Positions 9,475-17,551 of a stretch of DNA of 64,000 nt are shown in pieces. Within the stretch, counting starts at the first letter, position 1. Each line of letters begins with the position of its first letter. The notes beneath the pieces were generated by a model, which did not search any database, was not told the DNA's origin, and saw only the letters and a program-made list of their open reading frames with translations. Made by a program: the position numbers and the translations under genes. This stretch comes from an uncultured Planctomycetia bacterium (lineage in GTDB: Bacteria; Omnitrophota; Gorgyraeia; VGKH01; JBHPFN01): the NCBI GenBank assembly GCA_964406665.1, contig CAYOSQ010000005.1, positions 21,929 through 85,928 of the forward strand. Reading direction: 5' to 3'.

Positions 9475-10776
9475 ATGTTTAGAAGAAAAAGAAGCAATAA
9501 TTCAGGTATATCTTTGGTAGAAATTTTGGTTACTGTTTTTATTGTTGTATTGCTATTATCTACAGCGGTAACAACACTTGTCAGAGGAGCTAGGTTAAGA
9601 GAGGTAGCTGATCAAAAGACAAGGGCAATATTAGATGGGCAAAGTGTTTTTGAAGCGATGCGCGAAATTGCTCAAAATGCTGGAATAAATGATTTGTACA
9701 GGTGCGGCGCATCTTTTCGTGCAAATGCATATGTTGATTTGAATCAAGTTTTAGGCGGTGCGTCACTTTTAGATGAGCAAATACGTATTTTTTATCCCAG
9801 TGGTGTTACGGCACGTCCATTGCATTGTAGGTTGCAGATTAGCTGGACAGATTTTCGCGGTCAAACCGTTGCAGAAACAATAGAAACGAAATTTTGGGAA
9901 TTGGTTGCAGTAACTCCTGATAATGGAAGCTGTGGCACCTGCTTCCTCGCCGGCACCCCTATCCTTATGGCTGATGGCTCAACTAAGGATATTGAAACAA
10001 TTAAGGTAGGAGATACTGTAATAGCCTTTGATCAAGAATCTGGTAAGAATAAATCTGATGAGGTAGTTGAGACATTCATTCATGAAGAAGATAGCTATCT
10101 TTTAATCAATAATCGCATTAAGGCAACATCCAACCACCCTGTATTTCATAAAGGAAGATGGGTAGATATCGGATTGCTTAACATAGGTGATGAATTAACT
10201 AAGGTAGATGGTTCTAAAGAAAAGATCACCAGCATAGAAAAGATCAAAGAACCTGTAATGGTATACAACCTTGAGGTTAACCCTTATCATACATATTATG
10301 CTGATAACATATTAGCTCATAATAAGGGCTGTCTATTACCAGGCACAACTATACTTATGGCTGATGGCACTAACAAGTTTATTGAAAATATAGTTACCGG
10401 GGATAAAGTAACCTCTTATGATGAAGAATCTAAGACCAAGTTAAAAGATACAGTTAAAGAAGTATTCATGCATGAGGTACAAGGATACCTGATAATCAAT
10501 GATAGCATTAAAGTAACAGCAGAACACCCCTTCTTCTCTAATGGTATATGGGTTAGAGCAAAAGATCTTAAAGAAGGAGATATATTACTTACTCAAGAAG
10601 GTAAAGAAGAAGCTATTACCAGCATAAAAGCTGTTGATAAGAAGATCGTCGTTTACAACATTGAAGTAAACCCATATCACAACTACTTTGCTAATGGATA
10701 TCTGGTGCATAATAAAAGTTTGCCACAGGTACCTGTTCCACCACCAGATCCACCAGGTGGAGGATATGGGAATTAG
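9475..10776 (+). CDS. Type IV minor pilin (PilV-like) fused to two tandem Hint (intein-like) domains and a short Pro-rich tail
   Basis: Class III signal RRKRSNNSG|ISLVE with hydrophobic helix; two CxLxGT...TxxH...VYN.EV...HN domains. ATG 9475 after AAGGGGGAAG preferred over the ORF-track TTG at 9427. Confidence 0.9.
   Translation: MFRRKRSNNSGISLVEILVTVFIVVLLLSTAVTTLVRGARLREVADQKTRAILDGQSVFEAMREIAQNAGINDLYRCGASFRANAYVDLNQVLGGASLLDEQIRIFYPSGVTARPLHCRLQISWTDFRGQTVAETIETKFWELVAVTPDNGSCGTCFLAGTPILMADGSTKDIETIKVGDTVIAFDQESGKNKSDEVVETFIHEEDSYLLINNRIKATSNHPVFHKGRWVDIGLLNIGDELTKVDGSKEKITSIEKIKEPVMVYNLEVNPYHTYYADNILAHNKGCLLPGTTILMADGTNKFIENIVTGDKVTSYDEESKTKLKDTVKEVFMHEVQGYLIINDSIKVTAEHPFFSNGIWVRAKDLKEGDILLTQEGKEEAITSIKAVDKKIVVYNIEVNPYHNYFANGYLVHNKSLPQVPVPPPDPPGGGYGN
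9940..10323 (+). other. Hint/intein-like domain 1 (128 aa, no homing endonuclease)
   Basis: Block A CFLAGTPILMADG, block B ATSNHP, block F VYNLEV, block G LAHN; +1 residue is Lys. Confidence 0.92.
10330..10713 (+). other. Hint/intein-like domain 2 (128 aa)
   Basis: Block A CLLPGTTILMADG, block B VTAEHP, block F VYNIEV, block G LVHN; +1 residue is Lys. Aligns without gaps to domain 1 (63 of 128 identical by hand count). Confidence 0.92.
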
Positions 10777-10828
10777 AGCTTGAAAACTTTGAAGTATATA
10801 TTTTTGAAGTTATAGTTTGGAGATGGTT

Positions 10829-11356
10829 ATGAGATTTATGTATACAACAAAAAAAGGATTTACTTTCATGGAAACTTTAGTTGCTACCTTGGTTACCACT
10901 GTTATGTCTGCAGTCGTGATAACCACGATAGTTTGTTTAATGAATTTCTTTTTTGGGGAAGTTGCCAATGCTGAACTAAAACGGAAGGCTCACCAGTCAT
11001 TATCAACAATTATCCAGGATTTAAGAACTGCTGAGCCTGATGGAGCTAATGGTATTGATGTTTTAAATGATGGTGATAACAATAAGATTACTGCACGACT
11101 TGCAGGTGGTTGGGATGCTAATGGTTTTCTTGTGTATTCTACTGATGATACTCATTATTGGTTAGATGGAGATGAACTGGTTAAAGACAATATTGATACT
11201 GGAGAACGTAGAGTTCTCTGTAATCTTGCTTCAAGATTTAACTGTACAGAATATGCTGAAGGTCATTATTCTATGACCTTAATTTTAACTAAGGATACTG
11301 TGTTGAAAACAATTACTTATACTGCTACTGAAAACTTTGGTGTAAGAAATGATTAG
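10829..11356 (+). CDS. Type IV minor pilin (PilW/GspJ-like)
   Basis: Prepilin motif KKG|FTFME with E+5 and hydrophobic helix. Start codon uncertain (10817, 10829 or 10838). Confidence 0.82.
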   Translation: MRFMYTTKKGFTFMETLVATLVTTVMSAVVITTIVCLMNFFFGEVANAELKRKAHQSLSTIIQDLRTAEPDGANGIDVLNDGDNNKITARLAGGWDANGFLVYSTDDTHYWLDGDELVKDNIDTGERRVLCNLASRFNCTEYAEGHYSMTLILTKDTVLKTITYTATENFGVRND

Positions 11357-11371
11357 TTTATAATGCAAAAT

Positions 11372-11567
11372 TTGAAAGGGTAGTTAAAATGCTAGCTATG
11401 AGATTACGCAAAAATGGACTTGCTATGATATTGAGTTTGGTGCTGACACTTGTTGTGTCTTGGGTAACAGTACCTATAATCATGACAGCTTTAGGGCATA
11501 CTCAAAATTCCAAAATAACAACCACTGCAATTGAAGCTAGAGAGGTAGCTGAAGCCGGAATAGCTGA
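11372..11567 (+). repeat. Direct repeat copy 1: RBS plus first ~59 codons of the PilX-like gene
   Basis: Matches 13254-13449 (offset 1882) with one visible mismatch (11546 T vs 13428 C). Confidence 0.93.
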
Positions 11568-13207
11568 GGATTAAGGACGGCTTTACTAATAATTCTCTTC
11601 CTGCCAACTTTCCTAAAAACCCTAGTGAAACCGGCTCTAGTTTTTCTTATAATATCTGGCCAGGTGGAGAAGCCTTTCCAGTAGGAAGTGGTTCTGAATA
11701 TTCAGTAAATGTAGAATTAACCTTGGCTACTAATGACTTCGTTGAAGGAATAGGTGGAAACGGAGTGTATCGCTATATTTTAACCTCTAGCGGTACTGTC
11801 CCAACTATGGGTGGAGAGGTTAAGAAAACTGTTCAGGCAGGAGTAACATTTGATTATTTCTTTGGTGAGAATGTTAGGATGTGCGAAACTGACGAAGGTC
11901 CAGATTGCACAAGAGATCTAGGACATTCTTATTTCAATAATCAAAAGTCAATTATTCATTTAGATACAACTAACATAGCTGAGGGACGCTATCTTCGTCC
12001 AGGCAGATATAACCTATCATATTTCGGAAGGTATGGAGAAGGTCAGGGACCGGGTGCTGAGGAGGACCATGCTCGTCAAAGTGCTGAGGACCTTGTGCTT
12101 CTTTTTGATGAATATAGATTAGAGTTTCCAGAATGGCGGGATGCTAACGGTGATCACCTCGGACGCGATCCAGGAGGTGGAGTGCAGTATGAAGAATTTT
12201 TAGTTGACTACAATTTACAGGATCATAACGAACAATTTTTTCAGTATATAGATGAAAATGGTACAAATAACGAAGACAGCCCACCCTTCAATTTTGAGGT
12301 TTTAAGCCGTGATCCAGAAAACGAAGATGATGTGTTTATCGCAGAATTGAACTGCAGATTTAATTCTTCGCAATCAGCCGGCTGTGAAGACGATCTTGAT
12401 TTAGAACCTGGTGCACCCTGTACCCAATTTTGTGATGCTACTGAAGCAGCATTTGGAAGTGGTTCTTGGCCAGATTATCAGGAAGCATGTATGAACGCTT
12501 GCTATAGAAACAGTAGTGAGGTTTCATTTTCTTTTCAAGATGTTCATCCTGATTCAGAGGCGCATGTTCGTTGCTCGACTCCTGATGTATGCTTGAGACA
12601 TTGCTCTCATAACTATCAGTGGAATTATTATGATTCAACATGTCGTCAGCAGTGCGATACTACACATGGTTTTCTCCCTAGCAGAAAACAGCCCCAGGTG
12701 TGGATGCAATGTATGGTAGACTGCACTAATATTGAAGAATCTTTTGTTGCAAGTGAGTGTAATCAGCTATGTGATAATCCAGATTTATGTTTTGATTACT
12801 TTGCAGGAGATTATCAGCGTTATGCTAGAACCGATGATCCCCAGCAAGGTTTTCCTGGAGCACCAATACAGTTAAATTCTGAATGCTTTCAATTGTGTTC
12901 AGGAGTAACTAATATTTGGGGTTGTCGTGAGAGATGTGACAAAAAATTCTTTAGACGAGACACAACAGGAGATATTGTTATTTCTGCAATGAATAGAGTT
13001 GTTAAGGATAAATATGGCAAGTTTTATTGGCATGATGAAGACGATGATAATTCTTGTCATTATCCGCCTTGCGAACCTGCAACTGGTGGAAGTGTACATT
13101 TTGGTGATGGTACTTCACTTGAAATAGGTTTTGTTCTGAATATAGAGCAAGATCAAAGAATTGTAATAGTAGATTTTCAGTGGTTAGAAGTTGGTGGGGA
13201 TTATTAG
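11389..13207 (+). pseudogene. PilX-like Cys-rich minor pilin, paralogue 1, frameshifted by an 11-bp deletion
   Basis: Relative to paralogue 2, AGCCTTGATGT (13450-13460) is missing between 11567 and 11568, giving a stop at 11574. The downstream frame stays open and homologous through 13207, joining ORFs 11389-11574 and 11723-13207. Confidence 0.88.
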
Positions 13208-13253
13208 TTTTTTGATTAAATGGATTCTGGTAATTAAATATAACAGCACTGAA

Positions 13254-13449
13254 TTGAAAGGGTAGTTAAAATGCTAGCTATGAGATTACGCAAAAATGGA
13301 CTTGCTATGATATTGAGTTTGGTGCTGACACTTGTTGTGTCTTGGGTAACAGTACCTATAATCATGACAGCTTTAGGGCATACTCAAAATTCCAAAATAA
13401 CAACCACTGCAATTGAAGCTAGAGAGGCAGCTGAAGCCGGAATAGCTGA
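13254..13449 (+). repeat. Direct repeat copy 2: RBS plus 5' end of the PilX-like gene
   Basis: Matches 11372-11567. Confidence 0.93.
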
Positions 13450-15112
13450 AGCCTTGATGTGGATTAAGAATGGTTTTACTTATAATACTCTTCCTGCCAA
13501 CTTTCCCAAAAACCCATCCGAAGTCGGCCCTGGCTTTGCTTACGATATCTGGCCAGGTGGAGAAGCCTTTCCTGCAGGAGGAGATAATAAGTATGCTGTA
13601 AATGTAGAATTAACCTTGGCTACTAATAATTTCATTGAAGGAGTAGATGGAAATGGAGAGTATCGCTATATTCTAACCTCTAGCGGTACTGTTCCGACTC
13701 TAGGTGGAGAAATAGAAAAAACTGTTCAGGCAGCAGTAACTTTTGATTATTATTATGGTGATGATATCGATATTTGTACAGTAGGTTCAGGACAAGACTG
13801 CACTAGAGATTTAGGTTATGAATATGTAAATGATAGAAAGCCGATAATTCATCTTGATACAACTAATGAAGCAGAAGGTCGTTATGTGCGTCCTGGTTTT
13901 TATAGCATAAGCTATAACGGTGAGTATGATATTGATCAAGGAGCCGGAGCAGAAACAACTGGACCTGATAGAGAATATGCTATGTATGGTTCAGAAAATA
14001 TGGTTGTATATCTTGATGAAGCAGCTCTTCTTTTTCCTGAGTGGAGAGATTTAGATGGAAATGGACGTGCTTCTTATGGTGGAGAGATTAGTCCTGAAGA
14101 ATTTCTTGTAAAGCCATGGTTGCAAGATTATACGGTTCATTTGTTTGAAAACATTGATGCAAATGGTACAAATGACGACCCTCCATTTAATTTTGAGGTT
14201 ATTGAAAGGGATCCTGAGAATCCTGAAGATAGGTTTATAATTGAATTATTTTGCGAGTCTGATAGCCTCCCAATAGGAAGTTGTTCCGGAGACCTTGATC
14301 TTGAGTCAGGTTCTACATGTTCCAATTTCTGTGAAGCAGTAGAGGATGCATATACAACCTTGGCATGGCCAGACTATGAAGCAGCATGTATGGCTGCCTG
14401 TGGAAGAAATGTTCTTGTAGAATATTCTTTTCAAGATGAACATCCAGATTCAGAGGCTAATGTTCGCTGTGGTGACAGTCAAATATGTTTGATTTATTGC
14501 GCCCACAGCTATCAATGGAATTATTACGATTCTTATTGTCGTCAAATATGTGATGTACATTATAATTTTGATCCTAATGCTCCTAATTATGGTCTTAGGC
14601 AGTCTCGAGATTGGAATGAGTGCATGGTTGATTGCTCAGATTTTATTTATGTAACTCCGGGATTCGAGTGTCAAAATTGGTGCGATGATCATGAGTCTTG
14701 TATGGATTTCTTTAGTGAAGAATATCAGATGAATGCGACAGAAGACAATCCAGCTCAATTTATTCCTGCAGTTGATCCAAGACAATTCATGTCGCAATGC
14801 GATAGAATGTGTAAAAGTGTAGATAATATTGGAGAATGCCGCAGCAGCTGCGATAGAAGATTTTTCCGTCAAGATGTTACAGGCGATATTGTTATAACTT
14901 TAATGAATAAATTGGCTAAAGAGAAACGTAAGAGGTTTCATTGGAATTCAGCAGACGATAATAGCTATGATTGTGAGTGGCCATGTGAACCAATAACTGC
15001 AGGTAGCGTTCATTTCGGAGATGCTGAGGGTACGGCTTTTGAGCTTCAGATAAATGATGATCTTAGAATAATTTTGAAGGATTTTCAGTGGATAGAAATA
15101 CCAAATGAATAA
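13271..15112 (+). CDS. PilX/GspK-like minor pilin with large acidic, 24-Cys head, paralogue 2 (intact)
   Basis: RKNG|LAMILSL class III-like signal lacking E+5, AREAAEAGIAEA helix, YILTSSG.V strand and terminal W-x-E motif typical of PilX-like proteins; repeated CxxxC pairs. Confidence 0.8.
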   Translation: MLAMRLRKNGLAMILSLVLTLVVSWVTVPIIMTALGHTQNSKITTTAIEAREAAEAGIAEALMWIKNGFTYNTLPANFPKNPSEVGPGFAYDIWPGGEAFPAGGDNKYAVNVELTLATNNFIEGVDGNGEYRYILTSSGTVPTLGGEIEKTVQAAVTFDYYYGDDIDICTVGSGQDCTRDLGYEYVNDRKPIIHLDTTNEAEGRYVRPGFYSISYNGEYDIDQGAGAETTGPDREYAMYGSENMVVYLDEAALLFPEWRDLDGNGRASYGGEISPEEFLVKPWLQDYTVHLFENIDANGTNDDPPFNFEVIERDPENPEDRFIIELFCESDSLPIGSCSGDLDLESGSTCSNFCEAVEDAYTTLAWPDYEAACMAACGRNVLVEYSFQDEHPDSEANVRCGDSQICLIYCAHSYQWNYYDSYCRQICDVHYNFDPNAPNYGLRQSRDWNECMVDCSDFIYVTPGFECQNWCDDHESCMDFFSEEYQMNATEDNPAQFIPAVDPRQFMSQCDRMCKSVDNIGECRSSCDRRFFRQDVTGDIVITLMNKLAKEKRKRFHWNSADDNSYDCEWPCEPITAGSVHFGDAEGTAFELQINDDLRIILKDFQWIEIPNE

Positions 15113-15139
15113 TTTAAAGAAATAAAAAAAGTTAAGTTT

Positions 15140-15173
15140 AGCGTTTTGACATGTTGTCAAAACGCTTTTTTTT
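15140..15173 (+). terminator. Intrinsic terminator closing the pilin operon
   Basis: Perfect 12-bp stem AGCGTTTTGACA-TGT-TGTCAAAACGCT followed by a T-tract. Confidence 0.88.
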
Positions 15174-15174
15174 G

Positions 15175-15202
15175 TTGACTAAACAAATAGTTTTGATAGA
15201 AT
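15175..15202 (+). promoter_or_regulatory. Putative sigma70 promoter of etfBA
   Basis: TTGACT-16 nt-TAGAAT with a TGn extension, about 10 nt upstream of the ATG. Confidence 0.5.
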
Positions 15203-15211
15203 AGCTCCATT

Positions 15212-15991
15212 ATGGATATTATAGTATGCATAAAACAGGTACCTGATACCACTGATGTTCGCATAGATCCGATGACTAACACCTTGATTCGAGAAGGTGT
15301 ACAGTCAATAATAAATCCTTTTGATATGTATGCAATTGAGGAAGGTATTCAGCTTAAAGAGCGTTTTGGTGGAAACGTTATTGTGGTTACCATGGGTCCT
15401 CCTCAGGCAGAAGCTGCCTTAAGAGAAGCAATTAGCTTAGGGGCGGATGAGGGAATTTTAGTTAGTGACCGCGCTTTTGCCGGAAGCGACACTTGGGCAA
15501 CTAGCTATACTTTAGCAGCTGCAATTAAGAAGATTGGAGGCTTTGATTTGATTATTTGCGGAAAACAAGCCTCAGACGGAGATACTGCACAGGTTGGGCC
15601 GGGAATTGCAGCTCATTTAGACTTACCACAGGTTACCTATGTAAAGAAAGTTGAAAATATCGATGAGAAACATGCTAAGGTCGAGCGCATGACAGAAGAG
15701 GGATATGAGGTTGTCGAGACACCGCTGCCATGTTTGTTAACTGTTGTAAAAGAGATTAACGAGCCAAGGCTTCCTTCTTTGAAGGGGATGATGCGTTCTA
15801 AAAAAGCTGAAATAAAGAAATTAATAAAAGACGACTTGGATGTTGATGAAGAAGGCTTAGGATTAAATGGTTCCCCTACTCAAGTAGTTAAGATTTTTAC
15901 TCCACCTCCCAGGGAGGGCGGACAGATGTTAGAAGGGGAAGTTTCTGAAGTTGCCAAAAAATTAGTCGAAGCTTTGAAAAACGATATATAA
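15212..15991 (+). CDS. etfB: Electron transfer flavoprotein beta subunit
   Basis: IVCIKQVPD, INPFD, DRAFAGSDTWAT, CGKQASDGDTAQVGP. Confidence 0.96.
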   Translation: MDIIVCIKQVPDTTDVRIDPMTNTLIREGVQSIINPFDMYAIEEGIQLKERFGGNVIVVTMGPPQAEAALREAISLGADEGILVSDRAFAGSDTWATSYTLAAAIKKIGGFDLIICGKQASDGDTAQVGPGIAAHLDLPQVTYVKKVENIDEKHAKVERMTEEGYEVVETPLPCLLTVVKEINEPRLPSLKGMMRSKKAEIKKLIKDDLDVDEEGLGLNGSPTQVVKIFTPPPREGGQMLEGEVSEVAKKLVEALKNDI

Positions 15992-15993
15992 AA

Positions 15994-17193
15994 ATGTCTA
16001 TTGGAATAATTCTAGAAAAATGTACTGGCTGTACCCTATGCGTTAAAGCTTGTCCTTTTGATGCTATTAAGATTGAAAACAAAAAAGCGATTATCGATTT
16101 AGATAAATGTACGCTTTGCGGAGCTTGTGTTGAAGTTTGTAAATTTGATGCAATTTTTCTAGAGAAAGAAACAAAACCAAAAGAAGATATTGTTGATGAT
16201 TCTAAAGGAGTTTGGGTTTTTGCCGAGCAGAAAAAAGGTGTTGTTCAGTCAGTTGCTTTTGAACTTTTAGGAAAAGCCCGGGAACTTGCCGATAAGCTTA
16301 ATACAGAAGTAGCTGCGGTTTTATTAGGGGATGGCGTTGCAAAACAGGCAGATGAGTTAATTCATCGTGGAGCAGATAAAGTTTATTTAGTGGAAGCCAA
16401 AGAGCTTAAAAATTTCCAGGATGAGCCTTACACAGAGGTACTTGTTAAGTTGATCCAGAAATACAAACCCAACATTTTATTAAGTGGAGCTACTTCAATT
16501 GGCAGGTCTCTCATAGCTCGTGTGGCAATAAATATTAAAGCCGGCTTGACCGCAGATTGTACTGGATTAGATATTGATCCTGAAAAAAACATTTTACTTC
16601 AAACCCGTCCAGCCTTTGGTGGAAATATTATGGCTACAATCATAAGCCCAAATTACCGTCCGCAAATGGCAACAGTAAGACATAAAGTAATGAAGGAGGC
16701 CCAGCCAGATAAATCTCGCAAGGGAGAAGTGATAAAAGAAAGTTTTGATAAGAAAGTTTTAGTTTCTCGTACCAAGGTTTTAGATATTGTTGATGATATA
16801 ACATCTGCTGTCAATTTAACAGAAGCAGATATTATTGTTTCTGGAGGAAGAGGAATAAGGGAAGCTAAGAACTTTGCGCTTATTGAAGAGTTAGCAAAAG
16901 TTCTTGGAGCTGCAGTGGGTGCATCTCGCGCTACTGTTGATGCCGGTTGGATTCCTTATTCTCATCAGGTTGGTCAGACTGGAAGAACAGTTTGTCCAAA
17001 AATTTATATTGCCTGTGGAATTTCCGGACAGATTCAACATTTAGTTGGAATGCAGTCATCAAAGATTATTGTTGCAATCAATAGTGACCCCAGTGCTCCT
17101 ATTTTTAAAGTTGCCACTTACGGTATAGTAGGAGATGTTTTTGAAGTTGTCCCTGCCTTAACTAAGAAGTTCAAAGAAGTCCTCAAGAAGTAA
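15994..17193 (+). CDS. etfA: Electron transfer flavoprotein alpha subunit with N-terminal 2[4Fe-4S] ferredoxin domain
   Basis: CTGCTLCVKACP and CTLCGACVEVC; GLTADCT, TRPAFGGN, QVGQTG, GISGQIQH. Confidence 0.96.
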   Translation: MSIGIILEKCTGCTLCVKACPFDAIKIENKKAIIDLDKCTLCGACVEVCKFDAIFLEKETKPKEDIVDDSKGVWVFAEQKKGVVQSVAFELLGKARELADKLNTEVAAVLLGDGVAKQADELIHRGADKVYLVEAKELKNFQDEPYTEVLVKLIQKYKPNILLSGATSIGRSLIARVAINIKAGLTADCTGLDIDPEKNILLQTRPAFGGNIMATIISPNYRPQMATVRHKVMKEAQPDKSRKGEVIKESFDKKVLVSRTKVLDIVDDITSAVNLTEADIIVSGGRGIREAKNFALIEELAKVLGAAVGASRATVDAGWIPYSHQVGQTGRTVCPKIYIACGISGQIQHLVGMQSSKIIVAINSDPSAPIFKVATYGIVGDVFEVVPALTKKFKEVLKK

Positions 17194-17253
17194 TCTGCAC
17201 AAATAATTTCTTAAAATATCCTTAAATATTTTCTGTAATTAAATGTATTACTA

Positions 17254-17301
17254 TATCAATATATTGTATATGTTGACATTTTTTGACACAATATGTTGAA
17301 A
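17254..17301. promoter_or_regulatory. Tandem NrdR-box-like operators
   Basis: tatCAATATATTGtat (17254) and acaCAATATGTTGaaa (17286), 32 bp apart, resembling acaCwAtATaTwGtgt. Confidence 0.5.
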
Positions 17302-17363
17302 CTAGTAAATTTATGAAAAAAAATGCTTGACATCTGTATCTATATGTCATAATATGTAATCAA

Positions 17364-17540
17364 ATGGTAGATCAAAACTTGATGACTATCGATGATCTCG
17401 CAAAATATTTGCGAGTCAAAAAAAGGACTATCTATGACTGGCTAAAGCAGCACAAGGTGCCGGCTTTTAAGCTAGTTGGTCAATGGCGTTTTAAAAAAGA
17501 AAGAATAGATGCTTGGTTAGAAAACCATGGTAGCAACTAA
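17364..17540 (+). CDS. Excisionase/MerR-like HTH DNA-binding protein (HTH_17), 58 aa, absent from the ORF track
   Basis: Translated by hand: MVDQNLMTIDDLAKYLRVKKRTIYDWLKQHKVPAFKLVGQWRFKKERIDAWLENHGSN. Confidence 0.88.
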   Translation: MVDQNLMTIDDLAKYLRVKKRTIYDWLKQHKVPAFKLVGQWRFKKERIDAWLENHGSN

Positions 17541-17551
17541 GGGAGGAAAAA

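Noticed and set aside
9940-10713. Classical mobile inteins or a polymorphic toxin
   Set aside because: No homing endonuclease, the +1 residue is Lys, the host is not a conserved housekeeping protein, and no toxin domain or immunity gene follows.
11723-13207. Independent 494-aa gene starting at TTG 11723
   Set aside because: Homology to paralogue 2 continues upstream in the same frame to the deletion point, so it is the 3' part of a frameshifted gene.
12400-15000. Multiheme cytochrome or ferredoxin
   Set aside because: Cys spacing is CxxxC with no CxxCH or CxxCxxCxxxC motifs.
11389-15112. Diversity-generating retroelement template/variable repeat pair
   Set aside because: No reverse transcriptase in the window, the repeat is at the 5' end, and the differences are not adenine-specific.
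17364-17540. Prophage or ICE excisionase marking a mobile element
   Set aside because: No integrase, att-like repeat or phage genes nearby; stand-alone HTH_17 proteins are common.
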